A DNA stretch of 64,000 nucleotides, from contig OZ024745.1 of NCBI GenBank assembly GCA_964016885.1, positions 66,588,001 through 66,652,000 of the forward strand, read 5' to 3'. Source of the stretch: Eledone cirrhosa. Its lineage: Eukaryota. The notes beneath the pieces were generated by a model. The model was not told where the DNA came from. It searched no databases and was given only the letters and a program-made list of their open reading frames with translations. Of the stretch, positions 26,881-41,925 are shown one piece after another (the stretch's first letter is position 1; the number at the start of each line of letters is the position of its first letter). A program made the position numbers and the translations under genes.

Positions 26881-28594
26881 TCTCACTCTGTGTCTCTTTA
26901 TCACTTCCAATCTCTCACTCTCAATTCTTCCCTGGAAGGAATCTACTGTATTCAGATCTGGGGATGAGATGCGCACCACCAGTTTGAAAAGTGCTCTACA
27001 AACTCCGTCGATAATTGCATACACGTAGCAAAGGTCTATACATATATACATACATACGTATTTGTGTATTTATATATACATACGTATATGTTTGCATAGG
27101 TATCCTTTTTTGATTTATATATTAATACAATAATTGTTTCTACTTTTGGCACAAGGCCAGAAATTACCCAGTGTATTACTGGTACTTTATTTTATATATT
27201 AATACAATAATATAATTCAATCGAATTCGAAGTAGTGTATGGTAATTTATATTCACTGAGGTAAATCATTTGGCGAATGCGTGCTACATTTAATATAATC
27301 AAAGTAAGAAGAAAAACTAATAATACATGATTCATCTCAAAATATATCCAATTTAATATAAAGGTATTTTAAGTCACCATATGTTCACATAGTAATCATA
27401 CATTCGATCCTGTTGGAGACAAACTCATAACTTAAACGCATGCACCTAGATTATAAAGAGATAAGACGTGAGGAAAAATCTAAAGCGGGTCACTACAGGG
27501 ATGAAACCCACGATGTTAGCACATCGCTCTTTTCCATTAAGGTTACCGATCTTCAGTTGATTTGACTTCAGTAATTAGCAAGTAGATAGGACACACACAT
27601 AGGTAACTATGTAGAAATGTATAATAGATATAGTAACAGAAATGAGTAATTATAATACAGTTGTCGCAGTGTCTGAAATAGTGTATCTTCAATATAACGA
27701 CATTTTGTTAAAATAGAAAATTTGAAATGGCAGAAATGTTAGTTTCTTATTTTTATCCAATTTCTCAGTTCAAATAATATAGAGTTTAACATTGCTTTTC
27801 AATGCTGCTATTTATAAATAAACAACGATGCATTAGTCAGGTTTCAATTGATTATTCTTCCACATTGTAAAGCTATGGTCTTGTGCCAATATGGGAAATC
27901 AATTTTAAATATTTCTCATGAATCATTTAGATGTCTAGTCACCTAAATTATCGAAAATCTTTAACGGAAAATTAGTGACCGATTAATTAGGTGAGGTTTG
28001 AATTCGTAAGTGAATATCAGTGAAAATGTCTAAAATATGGAATTGATTAAAAGTATACGAACAAAATGACATCAATCGATTTGAAACTAATTGCAAGATA
28101 AATCGGATTTCTAAAGATATGATTTTCAATTGTTATTGATTGAGATATGTTCTTAATGAAAACAAATTATGGAATGTTGTATATATTCTATCAGTCTCCC
28201 TATAGGAAAATTGCATAGTTCTATGAGAATCTAAAATATTTTATTTATTATTAGTTGTGTTAAATTAAGCAATAGTTTTACACATTGATGTGGAAATACA
28301 TAATCTCTCTTGACAATGTCTATATGACGGGGCCAATAATCACATAATATGATAATTGTACGAAATAATAAGCACTTTCCGGTTGCGAACTATATTATAA
28401 TTCGATACAACTACTTTCAATCGTAAATCAACTGATATGAATTGAAAACACTGAATACCAACATATTTTTGAGATATTGTAGATATATTTTTATTATCGT
28501 TACCATTTTCATTCTGTTATTTATTTTGCCACTTGATTAGTGTTTTGTTATAACCTATACTATGTTGTCAAGCCGCAAAGCTGTATTTGAAGAA

Positions 28595-28641
<47 letters not shown>

Positions 28642-28652
28642 TATATTGAAGA

Positions 28653-28714
<62 letters not shown>

Positions 28715-30571
28715 TTATGGTCTTTGATAAGTAGCCGATAGTATCAACAGTCGTGACTGAGCAAAATTATGATCAAATGCATCCCAGACAAGACCATACT
28801 TTCGTATTAAAACGTACATAAGAATTCACTATTTATTCCTTCCTTTTTATCACGATGGTAGGTAACCTATCCTTTGATGAGGTTTTGGCTGCTGTTTCTA
28901 GTAGGTTGATCGATTATATTACTGATTTTGTTTCATTTGCTTTCTGTTAGATTGTTTAATTCCTCTTTATAATTCTGTTGGGGATTTTCATTGATTTACA
29001 TCGAATGTAATATAACCAAACGAAAATAAATGTTAACAACATTAATATTTAAAACCAATGAATAGATAAATTGATTTTGAGTGGCATTTAAAAAATTCAA
29101 TCAGATAGAAGAAATAAAAAAAAAATCGCGACGTCTTTCATTCTATCTCTTTGGTTCGACCGTGTTATTTATAACATAGCTACTTTAGATGATGAATTGA
29201 AAGACATTTATAAGGCAATAAATATTTATTTTTAAATCTTGTGGGCTGATATCTTCAGTGGCTACTTTATACACATGATGTTTTCTAATCAAACGTTTTA
29301 AAATACCGTTCTGGTTACCACAATTGCCATCACAATCTCTTTCTTGACATTTTAATTTTGTTGTTGCATCAAACAATCTTCAGCCACAACTTCTGCACAC
29401 ATAAATAAAATATGCACAACAGACACACAAACACACATACTCAAACACACATACATACATATTTCTTCTTTCTCTCTTTCGTCTCTCATTCTTTTTCTCT
29501 ATTTTTCCTTTCTCACTTTCTGTTTCTTTTAATTTTCTCTTTCTCGTCCCAATAATTTGTCCTATTCTAGACTTTGTATTAAATGACACTTCCTCTTAAT
29601 AATTTTTCTAGATTTATAATGAGCTAATATTTACAAATCAAAACGAAAAAAGAAAAAACTTTTAAAGAAACCACTAAGAGTATTTACGAAAGTGTCAAAT
29701 TCTATATAGGATTTTAAAAATACCCGATAAAATAAAATGAAAATATATTTGCAAAAACTTATTGTTTTGAATTTAAATCAACTTTATTTTTTTAACAAAT
29801 ATACTATTTTCGGAGGACCTAGTAATTTAGTATTTGAAATTTAATATAGTATGAAAAATTGCCGTCTTTAAATTTAATGCGGTTACACAAAATAGGATAT
29901 TTTAATATCATATATCGCCAACCAGATGCTATTTTGTCATTCGAAATTCTATTAATGCTAGTGAAGCATTCGTATATTTATCTGTCTCAGAAGATTTAAC
30001 TTGATGAAATGGAGTTCAGTTTTTTTATGTTAGTATGTTAACGTTTATATATGTAATTGAAGAGCACATAGCAAGTAACAGTGTTTATTTTATCGACCCA
30101 GGATAGATAGAAAGGAAAATCGACATCAGAGTTTTTTTAATATAAACACACAAGAAAAATCTTCCAACACGCCAATAATTCTGCTGTTCCACTGTAGAAA
30201 AAAATGCATGTATTTATTAGAACGAATTCGAGCATTTCAAACCAAAGGATTGCATTACGTCTGCGAAATGAGGATAAACTCAATAGGACACTACCAGTGG
30301 CATATTCAAAAGCTAATAAATAAATATATTGAGATCTATACATATTTCATATAAAATTATTATTAGTGTTAACATTTACAGATGTAATCTTTATTGGGTT
30401 ATTGATTATTCATTATTATTTGTTGATATTTTGAATGTGAAATTGGACAATTATTGATTGTTTATTGATTTTTATTTAGTTTTTGTTTTCACGTTTTATT
30501 GTTGCTAAAGTGTGTTGCAATTTCAGATAATATCGATAGAAATCTACATAGACGTAATCAAAAACGGCAGA

Positions 30572-30602
<31 letters not shown>

Positions 30603-30638
30603 CGCTCTCTCTCATAGATGTATATATGCATATAACAT

Positions 30639-30680
<42 letters not shown>

Positions 30681-30799
30681 CAGAAGTCTAATGAGTGGGC
30701 CCGATCGATAGAGCTCGAACCATGAGCTAATCAATAATGAAACGCACGGCACACCTGAATAAACGTAATGACAATTTGACACATCGTCCATACTTATTA

Positions 30800-30852
<53 letters not shown>

Positions 30853-31960
30853 TGTGTGTGTATGTGTGTGTGTGTGTGTGCGTGTCTGTGTGTGTGTGTG
30901 TGTGTGTCAGTGACTTTCTTTAGCCGTTGCTCGCACCAACCAGAGGTATATGGTCTTTAAAGCGATGAAATACCAATGAAGGCTGGAAGATCACTGATGA
31001 AGGACTAAATTTATTCATATATATATATATATACACTCCGCATGAAATGTAACGTTTCAAATATTCCCTGGGGAAGTTGTCTACACCAGAACGGTCGAAT
31101 GTATTTAGGAAAAAAGTAATGGGATTACGCACTGGTTATGTATTTCAACAAAGAGTAAAGGTGAAAAATGTTTTACATGAACTCTGACTATGTAGAGTCT
31201 TCTAATATTGCGAATGGTACGAAAATCAGTTGACTTGAACTATCTTCGTCTTGAAATTACGAAGATAGTTCAAGTCAAAAAGTCCCTTCTCACCTGCGAA
31301 AACCTTTTGCTATTATGCTGCACAACTGCGATCTTGCCGACCCTCTCGCACTGTGGAACAACCACCGTGAAAGTCTAGCTGAGGACATCCTCCAATGCAC
31401 ACGCAGACGCGCTCATTTGTCTTGAAAACAGTGTCCTGGAGATTGGTGGTAGGCCTCTAAGTTACTACAGCTTACCTGCTCCTGACAGGAGTGTCCAGAG
31501 GTCAACGTCTACAGAGCTTCTCCGCGAGACAAGCTACGAAATCACTGATTCTCCCATGGTCAATTGTATGTAGGATGCTCTAGGGTGAGCTCGCCAAACA
31601 ATCTCTTCATCTTTGTTCCGGAGGGCCGAACAAAGAATATTGTATACTCTGAGGCTCTAATAATGTTAATTAAATATTTTCTGTTACTTGGAATTTCCAT
31701 TATGGTTGTACAAATTATTGTTTGTTAAACAATTTGTTCTCTGATCAGCCTTTATTGTTGTAACTATAAATTTTCTTTAACGTACTGGCTGCTGAACTGG
31801 GGAATCCTAAAACTATTCAAACCCAACATCAGAGCACGTTACCCCCCCCCCCCCCCTTCATCGCTCACTTGAGAGGACGTGCGGTATCTTTACACTGGAG
31901 TGTAAGGGGGATTCCTCATGATTCGAGCTCTATCGATCAGGCACGCTCATTAGACTTCTG
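30681..31960. mobile_element. Segment bounded by 46-bp inverted repeats, with (TA)n outside both ends
   Basis: CAGAAGTCTAATGAGTGGGCCCGATCGATAGAGCTCGAACCATGAG (30681-30726) versus its near reverse complement at 31915-31960. Confidence 0.6.
31280..31665 (+). mobile_element. Internally deleted Helitron Rep-helicase remnant
   Basis: Encodes FAIMLHNCDLADPLALWNNHRESLAEDIL (Rep-Hel linker) joined to FSHGQLYVGCSRVSSPNNLFIFVPEGRTKNIVYSEAL (Pif1-like helicase C-terminus). Confidence 0.85.
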
Positions 31961-31977
31961 ATATATATATATATATA

Positions 31978-32064
<87 letters not shown>

Positions 32065-32070
<6 letters not shown>

Positions 32071-33063
32071 AGATGAGATCGAAAATGCAACTGGAGTCTT
32101 ATTTTTTTTTAAATATATATATTTATTTGGTTCCTTTACCGGTTTCGCAGTTCTTCTGCTTTTCAAAAGCAATGTTGAGATGTAGGGTCTGTGGATTTTC
32201 TCACATCTGAATGTTACTTGTTTTATATGGAAAGAAGTGGCTCGAAACGCCAGGTTTTTAGAGAAGTAATTTGATTGGTTGGTCAATAATTATAATAAAT
32301 TTCGCGCGAGTTCGCGTTACAAAGTTCTTCAAACAGGGGGGGGGGGCTCAGGTTGTATTTTCCTATATGAGTATTTGAATTTCTTTTTACTTAAAAAAGG
32401 GGCTCACGAAGGTTTTTTTTAAATAAACGTAATTTGGTTTGTTTTAAATGAAATTAAATTTCGTGCCCGTATTTGGAAATTTATTCTGTAGTCTCTTTAG
32501 AGAATTTTATGACAAGCAAAAGAGAAATGGGATGGGAGAATTGTTCTGGTTCAGTGAATATGGTTAGTTCGCTGGGGTGTCAGAATTCAGATTTTCTATT
32601 GAAATAAAGAAAGTAAAGATATGTATGTTTATTTGTGTGCTTGTGTGTGTGTGTGTTGTGTGTGTGTGTTTGAATTTCTTTTTTACTTAAAAAAAGGGGC
32701 TCACAAAAGCTTTTTTTTTATAAACGTAATTTGATTGGTTATAAATGAAATTATGGCTGTCACGTGAACAAGTTTTCATTAAATTTCGCGCCCGTATTTG
32801 GAAATCTATTCTGTAGCCTTTTTAGAGAATTTTATGACAAGCAAAAGATAATGGTCAAGCGAAATGGGATGGGAGAATTGTTCTGGTTCAGTGAATATGG
32901 TTAGTTCGCTGGGGTGTCAGAATTCAGATTTTCTATTGAAATAAAGAAAGTAAAGATATGTATGTTTATGTTTGTGCTTGTGTGTTGTGTGTGTGTGTTT
33001 GAATTTCTTTTTACTTAAAAAAAAAAAAAGACTCCAGTTGCATTTTTGATTTCATCTTTTTTT
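32065..33063. mobile_element. MITE-like element with 36-bp terminal inverted repeats and an internal ~300-330-bp direct duplication
   Basis: AAAAAAAGATGAGATCGAAAATGCAACTGGAGTCTT versus AAGACTCCAGTTGCATTTTTGATTTCATCTTTTTTT. 32374-32668 is repeated at 32669-32997. Confidence 0.6.
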
Positions 33064-33125
33064 CTTTATACTTTCACTCGTGTAGGACACCTCGGTTATT
33101 TTTCATTTTGTAAAAAAAACCTCAC

Positions 33126-33177
<52 letters not shown>

Positions 33178-33389
33178 GATGGCTGTCGCCTCGATATCGT
33201 ATCGCGTATGGCCATTGCACGATATACCATTATTATTAATTATTAATTAATTCTATCATGCAATGCTTGTGCGGAAAGACTGTGCACTGAGCTAATCCCA
33301 CTCTCTGAGCGACAGTAGTTATAACCCGAAAAGAAGAAAAGATCCACATCATCGGTAACTACTGAGCCGCAGATTTTATATCGGAGTTA

Positions 33390-33510
33390 TCCCAGTTTCC
33401 TGAGTTGCCTTCTCCTAGAACAATGCCCTGATAAAGGCTAGGGTTCCTTCAATCCCAGTCGTTTAACCGCGCGATCGGGTGTCCAGCCCGACTATTTCTA
33501 CGATCACGCA
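33390..33510 (-). mobile_element. Possible RTE-type LINE 5' UTR remnant
   Basis: Minus strand AGCCTT...CTAGGAGAAGGCAACTC resembles a motif I recall from RTE 5' regions. No coding support. Confidence 0.35.
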
Positions 33511-33779
33511 TATACATACATTCCCATGTATATACACATATACATATACATATGTACATGTTTATATACATATTTACACACTTTTGGATTGCCGTTGACT
33601 CTTATGAGTTCTTCCGCCCTTTGTCAGGTTTTGTTTTTTGTCCTGCAGGGTGTCCATATTCGATTGCCATATTTGATTGCGAAGTTCTACTTGCATATAT
33701 TCACTTATGTAAAATGCAGCCTATGGCATTTTAGACTCTACCATTTGTTGACATATAATCAGCACTAAATTCCATTTCG

Positions 33780-34003
33780 TATAGCAACTTTAGAAAGCAA
33801 CTGGAATGTTTCGATCTTATTAGATCTCGTAAAAAAAAATATTCCCTCAGCAAGCTGTCGAGACTAAAGCAGTTTACTCAGAATATGGGAGTCAAGAAAG
33901 AGAGAGAACATTTGATATATTGAAGATTTTCTCCGCTTTGAATGCGAGGTTCTACTTGCATATATATATACACTTATGTTGAAAACAGCCTATGACATTT
34001 TAT

Positions 34004-34039
<36 letters not shown>

Positions 34040-34041
34040 GC

Positions 34042-34136
<95 letters not shown>

Positions 34137-34382
34137 AAATGCCATAGCCTGTATTCAACATAAGTGTATATAATATGCAAGTAGAACCTCGCATTCAAAG
34201 CGGAGAAAATCTTCAATACACTGAGATACTATTGAAAATATATATATCAAATGTTCTCTCTCTTTCTTGACTCACATGTTCTGAGTAAACTGCTTTAGTC
34301 TGGACAGCTTGGTGAGGGAATATTTTTTTTGACGAGATCTAATAAGATCGAAACATTCCAGTTGATTTCTAAAGTTGCTATA
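33780..34382. repeat. Long fold-back (~225-bp arms) around a (TA)/(TG) microsatellite
   Basis: 33780-34005 is mirrored by 34133-34382, with a ~25-bp indel. It contains a decayed HHR-like core, TTGACGA-GATCT AATA AGATC-GAAA. Confidence 0.88.
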
Positions 34383-35099
34383 AATACAAGTGTCCACTCC
34401 ACTGCATTATCTAAAAGTCGCTAAAACCAACTTAGATCAGTTCAGTTTATAAGAGTTCTTTTCCTTGCTTACTTCTACCGATCTGACATTGCACTACGGG
34501 AGTTTCGGTCAAGAGAGTATTGACCCAGTTCAATGAAATTTTCCACTCCCCGACAGCATTTACAATGTGTGAATCACTCTTTACCAATCTCATTCTTCCT
34601 CTGTCTCAGCCTCTCCCATCGCCCCATCTCTCTCTGTCTCCCCCCCCCCCTCTATGTATATATATATATATATAAGCAAAAAGTAAGCCAAAACAACAAA
34701 ACGAACAACACAGTTTAATGAGAAAATATATTAGTGTAAAGTGTCTTTATGTTTTGGACGCTGGTCCTCTATCAGAAAATAGAATGATAAATAAAAGACG
34801 AACTAGAAAGCTAGAGATAGTGAAGGGGAAAGAACAGATATCTTTTTTTTTATGTTTATGATATTGAATCTCTCAGCGCTCTTATTTAGATAATAGCATT
34901 GTGTTTTTCATTGAATTATTTCTAAATCATATGAAATATTTCTTGTAATTCTGAGTGGATGTATTGTAGCATGACATTTATCACATTCCAAATTTCTGTT
35001 GACAAATTGTTTTATCTTCTATTTTATGATTTGTGTATTTTCTATAAACGCTATTTACATTGCAACTAAATATCAAGTGTTCGGTCAGTCTTAGTATTT

Positions 35100-35480
35100 A
35101 CACCATAAGCCATCAGGAAGTGTGGCGTGTTGTCGGTCCCAAAATAGACTGTTGCTGACATGACATACCACAGTGGAATAATTTGATGATATCCATACAT
35201 TTGTTTGAGCATCCATAACTATTATTCGAGGTCTATAAGCCCTCAATTCCTACACTGTCAAACGCCTTTGCAATGTCGAAGAATTCGACGAAATATAAGA
35301 CTCATTTTTCGATAGCCTTTTCCAGAACCAGTCTCATAGCATACGCAATCCATATTGTATTTCCTGAAGAATTTGCTCAGATGCATTCTGGAGACACCTA
35401 AGCGGAATTTTCCCTAGAAACCACTTCACGATTGAGAGTTGGAGAAATTCCTGGGATTTCCCTGTCTGTCACTAACATCC
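35100..35480 (-). mobile_element. Decayed LINE RT fragment (RTE-like)
   Basis: Minus strand encodes YAMRLVLEKAIE and FFDIAKAFDSV (RT motif A). Confidence 0.6.
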
Positions 35481-36660
35481 TTCAACTGTGGCAACAGCCC
35501 CAACATTGCAACTATTCTCTAAAGCATTCGAAAACTCTATACTACGATTCCCTGTCACCGCATTAGTACATTTTCACGGGAATGCAGTCAATACAACCTC
35601 CCCTCCATAATTGCTGGAAAATCAGAACTGACCCCTTCGAGAAATTACAAAATGGCCAGCACCTCACAAGGAATTGTATGGGATCGGAATAATAATTTAC
35701 TAAAATTATATTACCGTTCTTTGTAGAGATGTGAGCAATTCTTACTCTTTATGGGTACACAGCAATCTTCTGTGAGCTATAAAACACTCTCAGTCTGAGA
35801 TAGATGGATGACACATTGAGAGAATCAGCAACAACATGAATTTGGCAAAGTATTAACCTGGAATAAGTACACATAGTATATTATGGTAGCGTAAATCTAT
35901 TAGTATATTCAACTCCAAGTAGTAGTTCTAGTTGAGTGCTTATTTTAAAGTCAAGTGAGAATATTTCCTTTCACTTCCCGTCTCATTTTGGACAATAATG
36001 CAGGTGTACAGAAACTTATTTTCAAGTTACTGATAGACACACGAGGACAGAGCATACTACAAGTAGCATGTCATATGTCTGAAATTTGTCTGATTTTTCC
36101 CTACGTGTTTTACTGGACAAACTCACTAAAGATTCTATGCCAATTTCGAGTTGTTACAAAACTGATTGTTGAATATGCACTTATTTACATAACTGGTTCT
36201 AATAGTTTGGCACTGGTGAAACCAGCACAGGTTTCAGTATATATCGATAGATTTGATATATCTTTTATTAATTGATTTGAGTTATCAATTGGTTGATATT
36301 TGTTGTATGGGCTTTATGGATAGTCATGATTGCTTTCTTTGATTATTGCCACCATACTTCAAATTCTGAATGCGTATACTCTGTTTCTGGAATTAAATTC
36401 ATTTAGCATTGAGTAATATATTGTGTGGCACGGTGTTGCAATGCTATAGGTGCTCGAAGCATCTTTTACTAATATGATTTCGTAAATCTATTAGTATATG
36501 CACACACAAACATACACAAACACACACGCACACACGTACACACTCATATATATATATGGTGTGTGTGGATACAATATATATACATATACACACACACAAA
36601 CACACACACACATACACACACACACGCACACACGCACGCACACACACACGCACACACATG

Positions 36661-36723
<63 letters not shown>

Positions 36724-37275
36724 TTATGATAAGAGTTGAAATTCTTTAAAAAATACGAAAATCTCATGGCCAAAAGGCTGTTGGAATCAGGATACGATTC
36801 AATATGAAGTTTTTAACAAGCTTCATTCACTTGCTATCTCATAATTAAATTGTCCATAAATTTACATTAACTCAAGAAAACCACCTCCTTGCTGTCAAAA
36901 ATCTAAATTATATTATCTGCTATATGAACTAGAATCACGACGGTGCTCCATTACAACTTATGACTAAAAACTTTAAGTAAATAGCATGTACTTTAGCTTC
37001 TAGCCATTGAAAGATATCTCCTTGTTCGGAAGACATATTATATGCAACCCAACGCAAAGACTTGAATATTTCAGTCTATTCTTTTAAATCTTGTTGAATC
37101 TGAAGTGTGCTAACAGGATACGATATGTACAAATGACTATCATTATCACATGTATATAGAAAGAAATACATAATGTATTGTCTCATTCTTCTCCTATTGC
37201 TGTCTGTAATTTAGTCTGTTGACAACCCCCACCGCCTCCGCGCACACACTCTCTCTCTCTTTCTCTCTCTTTCTT

Positions 37276-37314
<39 letters not shown>

Positions 37315-37329
37315 GTATACATATACATA

Positions 37330-37376
<47 letters not shown>

Positions 37377-37799
37377 GTGGAAAGGTACGCCCATATATAC
37401 ATACAAACTTAAAACTTATGTATAAACATTGCTAGAATATTTGGGGAATATAAAATAGCTGTGATTTAAAACGCTACGTTACTGCAATTGACTAATGATG
37501 ACTGGGAATGAGAAATTACACTTTTAACTTTAAATATTTAATCCGGTATTCTTTCAAATGAAAATATACAAGTGTGATAAAATCAGAGGAACATATCATA
37601 TATTCTTTGCAGGGTTAAATGTTTTATTGTTTGTTAAAGCGATCGTTGTTGAAGAAAGTAGATGGCACATTGAAAATGAATGTCTTATAATACATTTAAA
37701 GAGTATCAGTCACCAATTTAATTTCTTACATTATTATTAACATTTCGTTTGTCACACAGTGTAGAAAATGCACCGGAGTATTTTGTCATCAGTCAAGTA

Positions 37800-38420
37800 A
37801 CAACAAGTAACTCAGACAGATGATAATTTCCTCACAAATGTACCGGCCTAGCAAGGTTGGTTTTTATATGGCACCAATACAGCAGGATAATCCCAACCAC
37901 TTTAAGATGTTTTGGAATTTCAGAGGAATTTATTCTCCTGCCCCGATCACAAATGGTATCACTTGCACTCTATTCTCTCGCATTCCAAACAATCTTGCCA
38001 TCTCCACTTTCAATTCGGAGTACTTGAAGATATTTTCAACCAATTTACTCGCGATATTCATGTCATTTGGTATGGCTACGTCTATGTTCCAAGAGTATTT
38101 GTCTTTCTTGTTCAATACGACACAATCCAGTCGGTTATGCTCGATTATACTATCAGTCTGGAAATCATAATCCTAAAATATCCTTGCTTTTCCATACTTC
38201 TGCATTACTTTACAAGGTACATGCTCTTACCAATACTTCATTATTACTTCCTATTGGTATTTACGACATAACAGCTACTGAAGGTACAAGCAGACTTTAT
38301 CATGACAGAGGTTAGTGTTCTTTTTGCGCAAAGCTCTCACATCCTCTTGCCAAGTGGGTTACATTTCCCACAATCTTTCCAAGGAGTCTGCATTTCTGCG
38401 TGTCCGCTCCGATATTATAG
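37800..38420 (-). mobile_element. R4/Dong-like RLE retrotransposon 3' fragment
   Basis: DYDFQTDSIIEHNRLDCVVLNKKDKYSWNIDVAIPND...KYSELKVEMARLF...VIPFVIGA matches the restriction-like endonuclease domain pattern. Confidence 0.75.
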
Positions 38421-41400
38421 CCTAAAACAAAATCAACGCATTAGCAATTCAAACTGAAAATATAGAGATATCATATGAAAGCCAGTAAAGCTATCTAGTT
38501 TACACAGAAAAAGATTCTGCCACTTCAATACCCCAAATTCACCTATTATCTTCCTTTTTTTCATATACATTGTGATGCCGACAGAATGGCTTTCGTTACC
38601 AACGGAACGGAAGAATTTGGAAGACGAGTAGGTGGTCCCCCTTTACATACATGCGACTTTAGTTAATTCAATAAAGAATACATATAAATTATTTAGTATA
38701 TGTATGTTTTTACTAAAATTATACTCAGTAGTGAATATATAATGTCTGTATTGTTAAAGTAGATTTTGTATTCAATTTACGAATGAGAAAGATTAACAGT
38801 TTACTGTCAAGCAGAATTATTGTCAGAGCATGTTGAGTGACTAGATATTGCTGTCTTTTTGCTCCAATTCGGATGTATATACTTTAATAATGTATATACT
38901 TTAATAATATTTTCTAGAGTGACTATATACCAGCCAGTAGACTGGAGGCTGTAAATATCGTTATCCATAACTATCTTAATCGGTGCATTTTACACCTAAC
39001 ATGTGTGAGTACTGAAGTCGTAGCTAGTCATATTTCCATCTGTGCTGATTATGTCAGCTTTAGCTAATTTTGTCCGAAGCTAATGTCTTATGTTGCTGTC
39101 TGCTTTCAGATAGTACTATATGTGCCATATCAATTATTTGTGCGTTTTAAATTAGTTAAGCTAAATAATACTATACATATATTATTGATTTGATTCCTAA
39201 CAAACTGGAAGTTAATCACTTCCGAATCGATTAACTGGGGGGGGGGGGCACTGTCGTTCATAAATTAAACAACAAAAACCACAGTAGAAGCAACAATAAC
39301 AACAACGACATTTCTTTAAATAGCACTGCCGCAATATTGTTATTTAGATTATGTTTTAAAAGTTGTTAGATAAATATTGATACCTCTAAATTTCCGTCCC
39401 ATAACCTACCTCATATCTCTCCAGCCCTCTTATTTAATTTGTTAAAAAATTCTTTATCTATCAACATTATGTACTTTTTGTAACTTGATATAATGAACAA
39501 CTCTTCAAACTAACTACTCTACCACATTTGCATTCCTCTATAATTTAAGATAGACGCTTCTTATTGTTCATTGTTAATTTATTTAAATTACCATACTATC
39601 GATCTTTAAGTTTGATGAACGAGCAAACGTTTTCACCGTATCTTATGAATATTGCAGATTAAATAAAGTAATATTTCCTATCGTATACCTAACAATAATA
39701 TGAAGCATTTTAAGATTTAATATAATGCACCTGATCATCATATAGCTTGTATATCTAACCTTGATCTTAAGTTATGTTGTATTTTCAAGCATTTTAATCT
39801 TAACTATTAATAATTGTCATGAATTAGATTTTCGCTTCTTTTCGGGTTTTTTTCATCAACACAGAAGATTTTATTTAAGAATGTGTAGACGTGATAACGC
39901 CGAAAATTCAATGATATTTAAAATGTTCTTATAGGAAATCCGTATAATATTATATAATCTTATTAATGGATTAAAATCAAATATCTCTTTACTCTAAACT
40001 TTATTCCAAATTACATATAAAAATGTTATCTTTCTATATACAGTAAACATAAAATTTTGATTCTTAATTGGTACAGTCTGAAGAAACAGATTGCGGCCAT
40101 GACCCTCACAGACCCTCACAAATTAATGAGATCACTACAGTTAAGGTTCTTGTTCGATAATTGAAATTTAATAGCTACTGGAAAGCTTGCATTGGGATTA
40201 AAGTTTAGGGAAATGATGACTGAATATAAATAATTGGAGTAGTGGTCTGAGTATGGCTGAGGAAAATTATGTATGATGAGCGGAGGAGTGTTGAATGAGC
40301 CAAAGTGCCTAAATAATGTAACGGAAGGTCAGACATGTCCACGAAAGGGTCACTGCATATGGGGGTGGAAGCAGAGCGAGTATTTGTGTGAGTGTGTGAG
40401 TGCGTGAGACAGAGAGAGAGACTAAGAAGACGTGTCTCAAGCTGGAGCGTGTTGGTGAAGGATGTCACACAACTCATTCTAGTGGGCTTTCTTTGCATCA
40501 CCACCAAACGTGGGAGTAGTAACCCTGTGTGAGATTTACATGAGCTTTGATAAGGGATTTTTACTTGTTTGAAGAAGAAGAATATTCTGAACGAGAAGAA
40601 GAAATCATCTCTTTGTGATGTAAACATTGCTACGTTGAGGGTACGTATTAGCCAGAGAAATTATTAATGATTAGACTTAGCTTTCATTGATGGTTACCCT
40701 GGGATTGTTTGTTGAGTAGTGTTAATGTTTAGGTTTATTATATTGTTTTCTTGATATATGTATTAAATATGTTGTGGTATTGTTGGAAAGGTTTGGTATG
40801 AAACCTTGGATCGTATGTGAATAATGTGTTGGTGCATGGCGGTAGGTGGAAGAGTTAAAGGTTCTTTGAAGTGGGTATTGTCGGAGGAGACGGAAGGTAG
40901 ATTGATGGTGAATAGGTGGAGTATTGGAATGGACAAAACTGAATATTAGTTTACTCCAGAGGTAAAAAGACATGTGGGCCAGAGAAAGCTGCATCCACAC
41001 GCTGTGAAGGTACAATCGGAGAGGAAGTCACGTACCCAAGAGACTCGAGATTTGCATTCGAGAGGCCGTCAAACGCTTTATTGATTACAGGTTTAACGAC
41101 CTTATATTCTAAAGTTGTACTGATGGTCATTAGTAGGGAGATGGATTAAAGCTGATGGAGATGATTCCTAATTGCTATTCCCAACAACTTTAGAATAGAG
41201 TAAGGTGATAGTTGGTAGAGAATTGCTATTATTTGAAGAAGAACATAAAGCAATACACCCAAAAGGTCGGGATATATTCTTGTTGAATAAGAGAAAGATT
41301 GAAACGTTTTTCGAGGACATACACAATGTCTTCTTACAATGGAGTCAACAAATGACCTTCTAAATGTCATTTGAACTGCTAAAAATATCAACTAAATACT

Positions 41401-41814
41401 TTTCACATATAGAAAGAAATTGAATAAAATAGTCCTAGATAAGCTATGCATACAAGAATGTAATATTCACTAGAGAAATACCCTCGACTATTGCTCTGAT
41501 CAATAGTGGCCTGGTGCTTAACAATTACATTTCCTCCTTAACACATACCAGTATGGTAACGATAATAGATGCTCTTTCACACAGAATTGTATCAATTTGA
41601 TATATTTTGGTATTTTCCCTGATACATATGATATAAAAACTAAATATTTCCATCATATTTTAAGTAGACTTACGTATTTAAGTAAAATATTTTACAAAGT
41701 ATTTTTTACAAGTGTATAAACAAATTTATGTATCTCTCACATAATATATGTTTTAATATCCATTATCTATCAATCTATACATCTGTATATCACTCTCTTC
41801 TATCTATTTACCTT

Positions 41815-41925
<111 letters not shown>

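Noticed and set aside
40150-41140. Possible LTR / gypsy gag remnant
   Set aside because: LTR-like composition and an AATAAA are present, but I found no TSD, paired LTR, PBS or clear protein motif.
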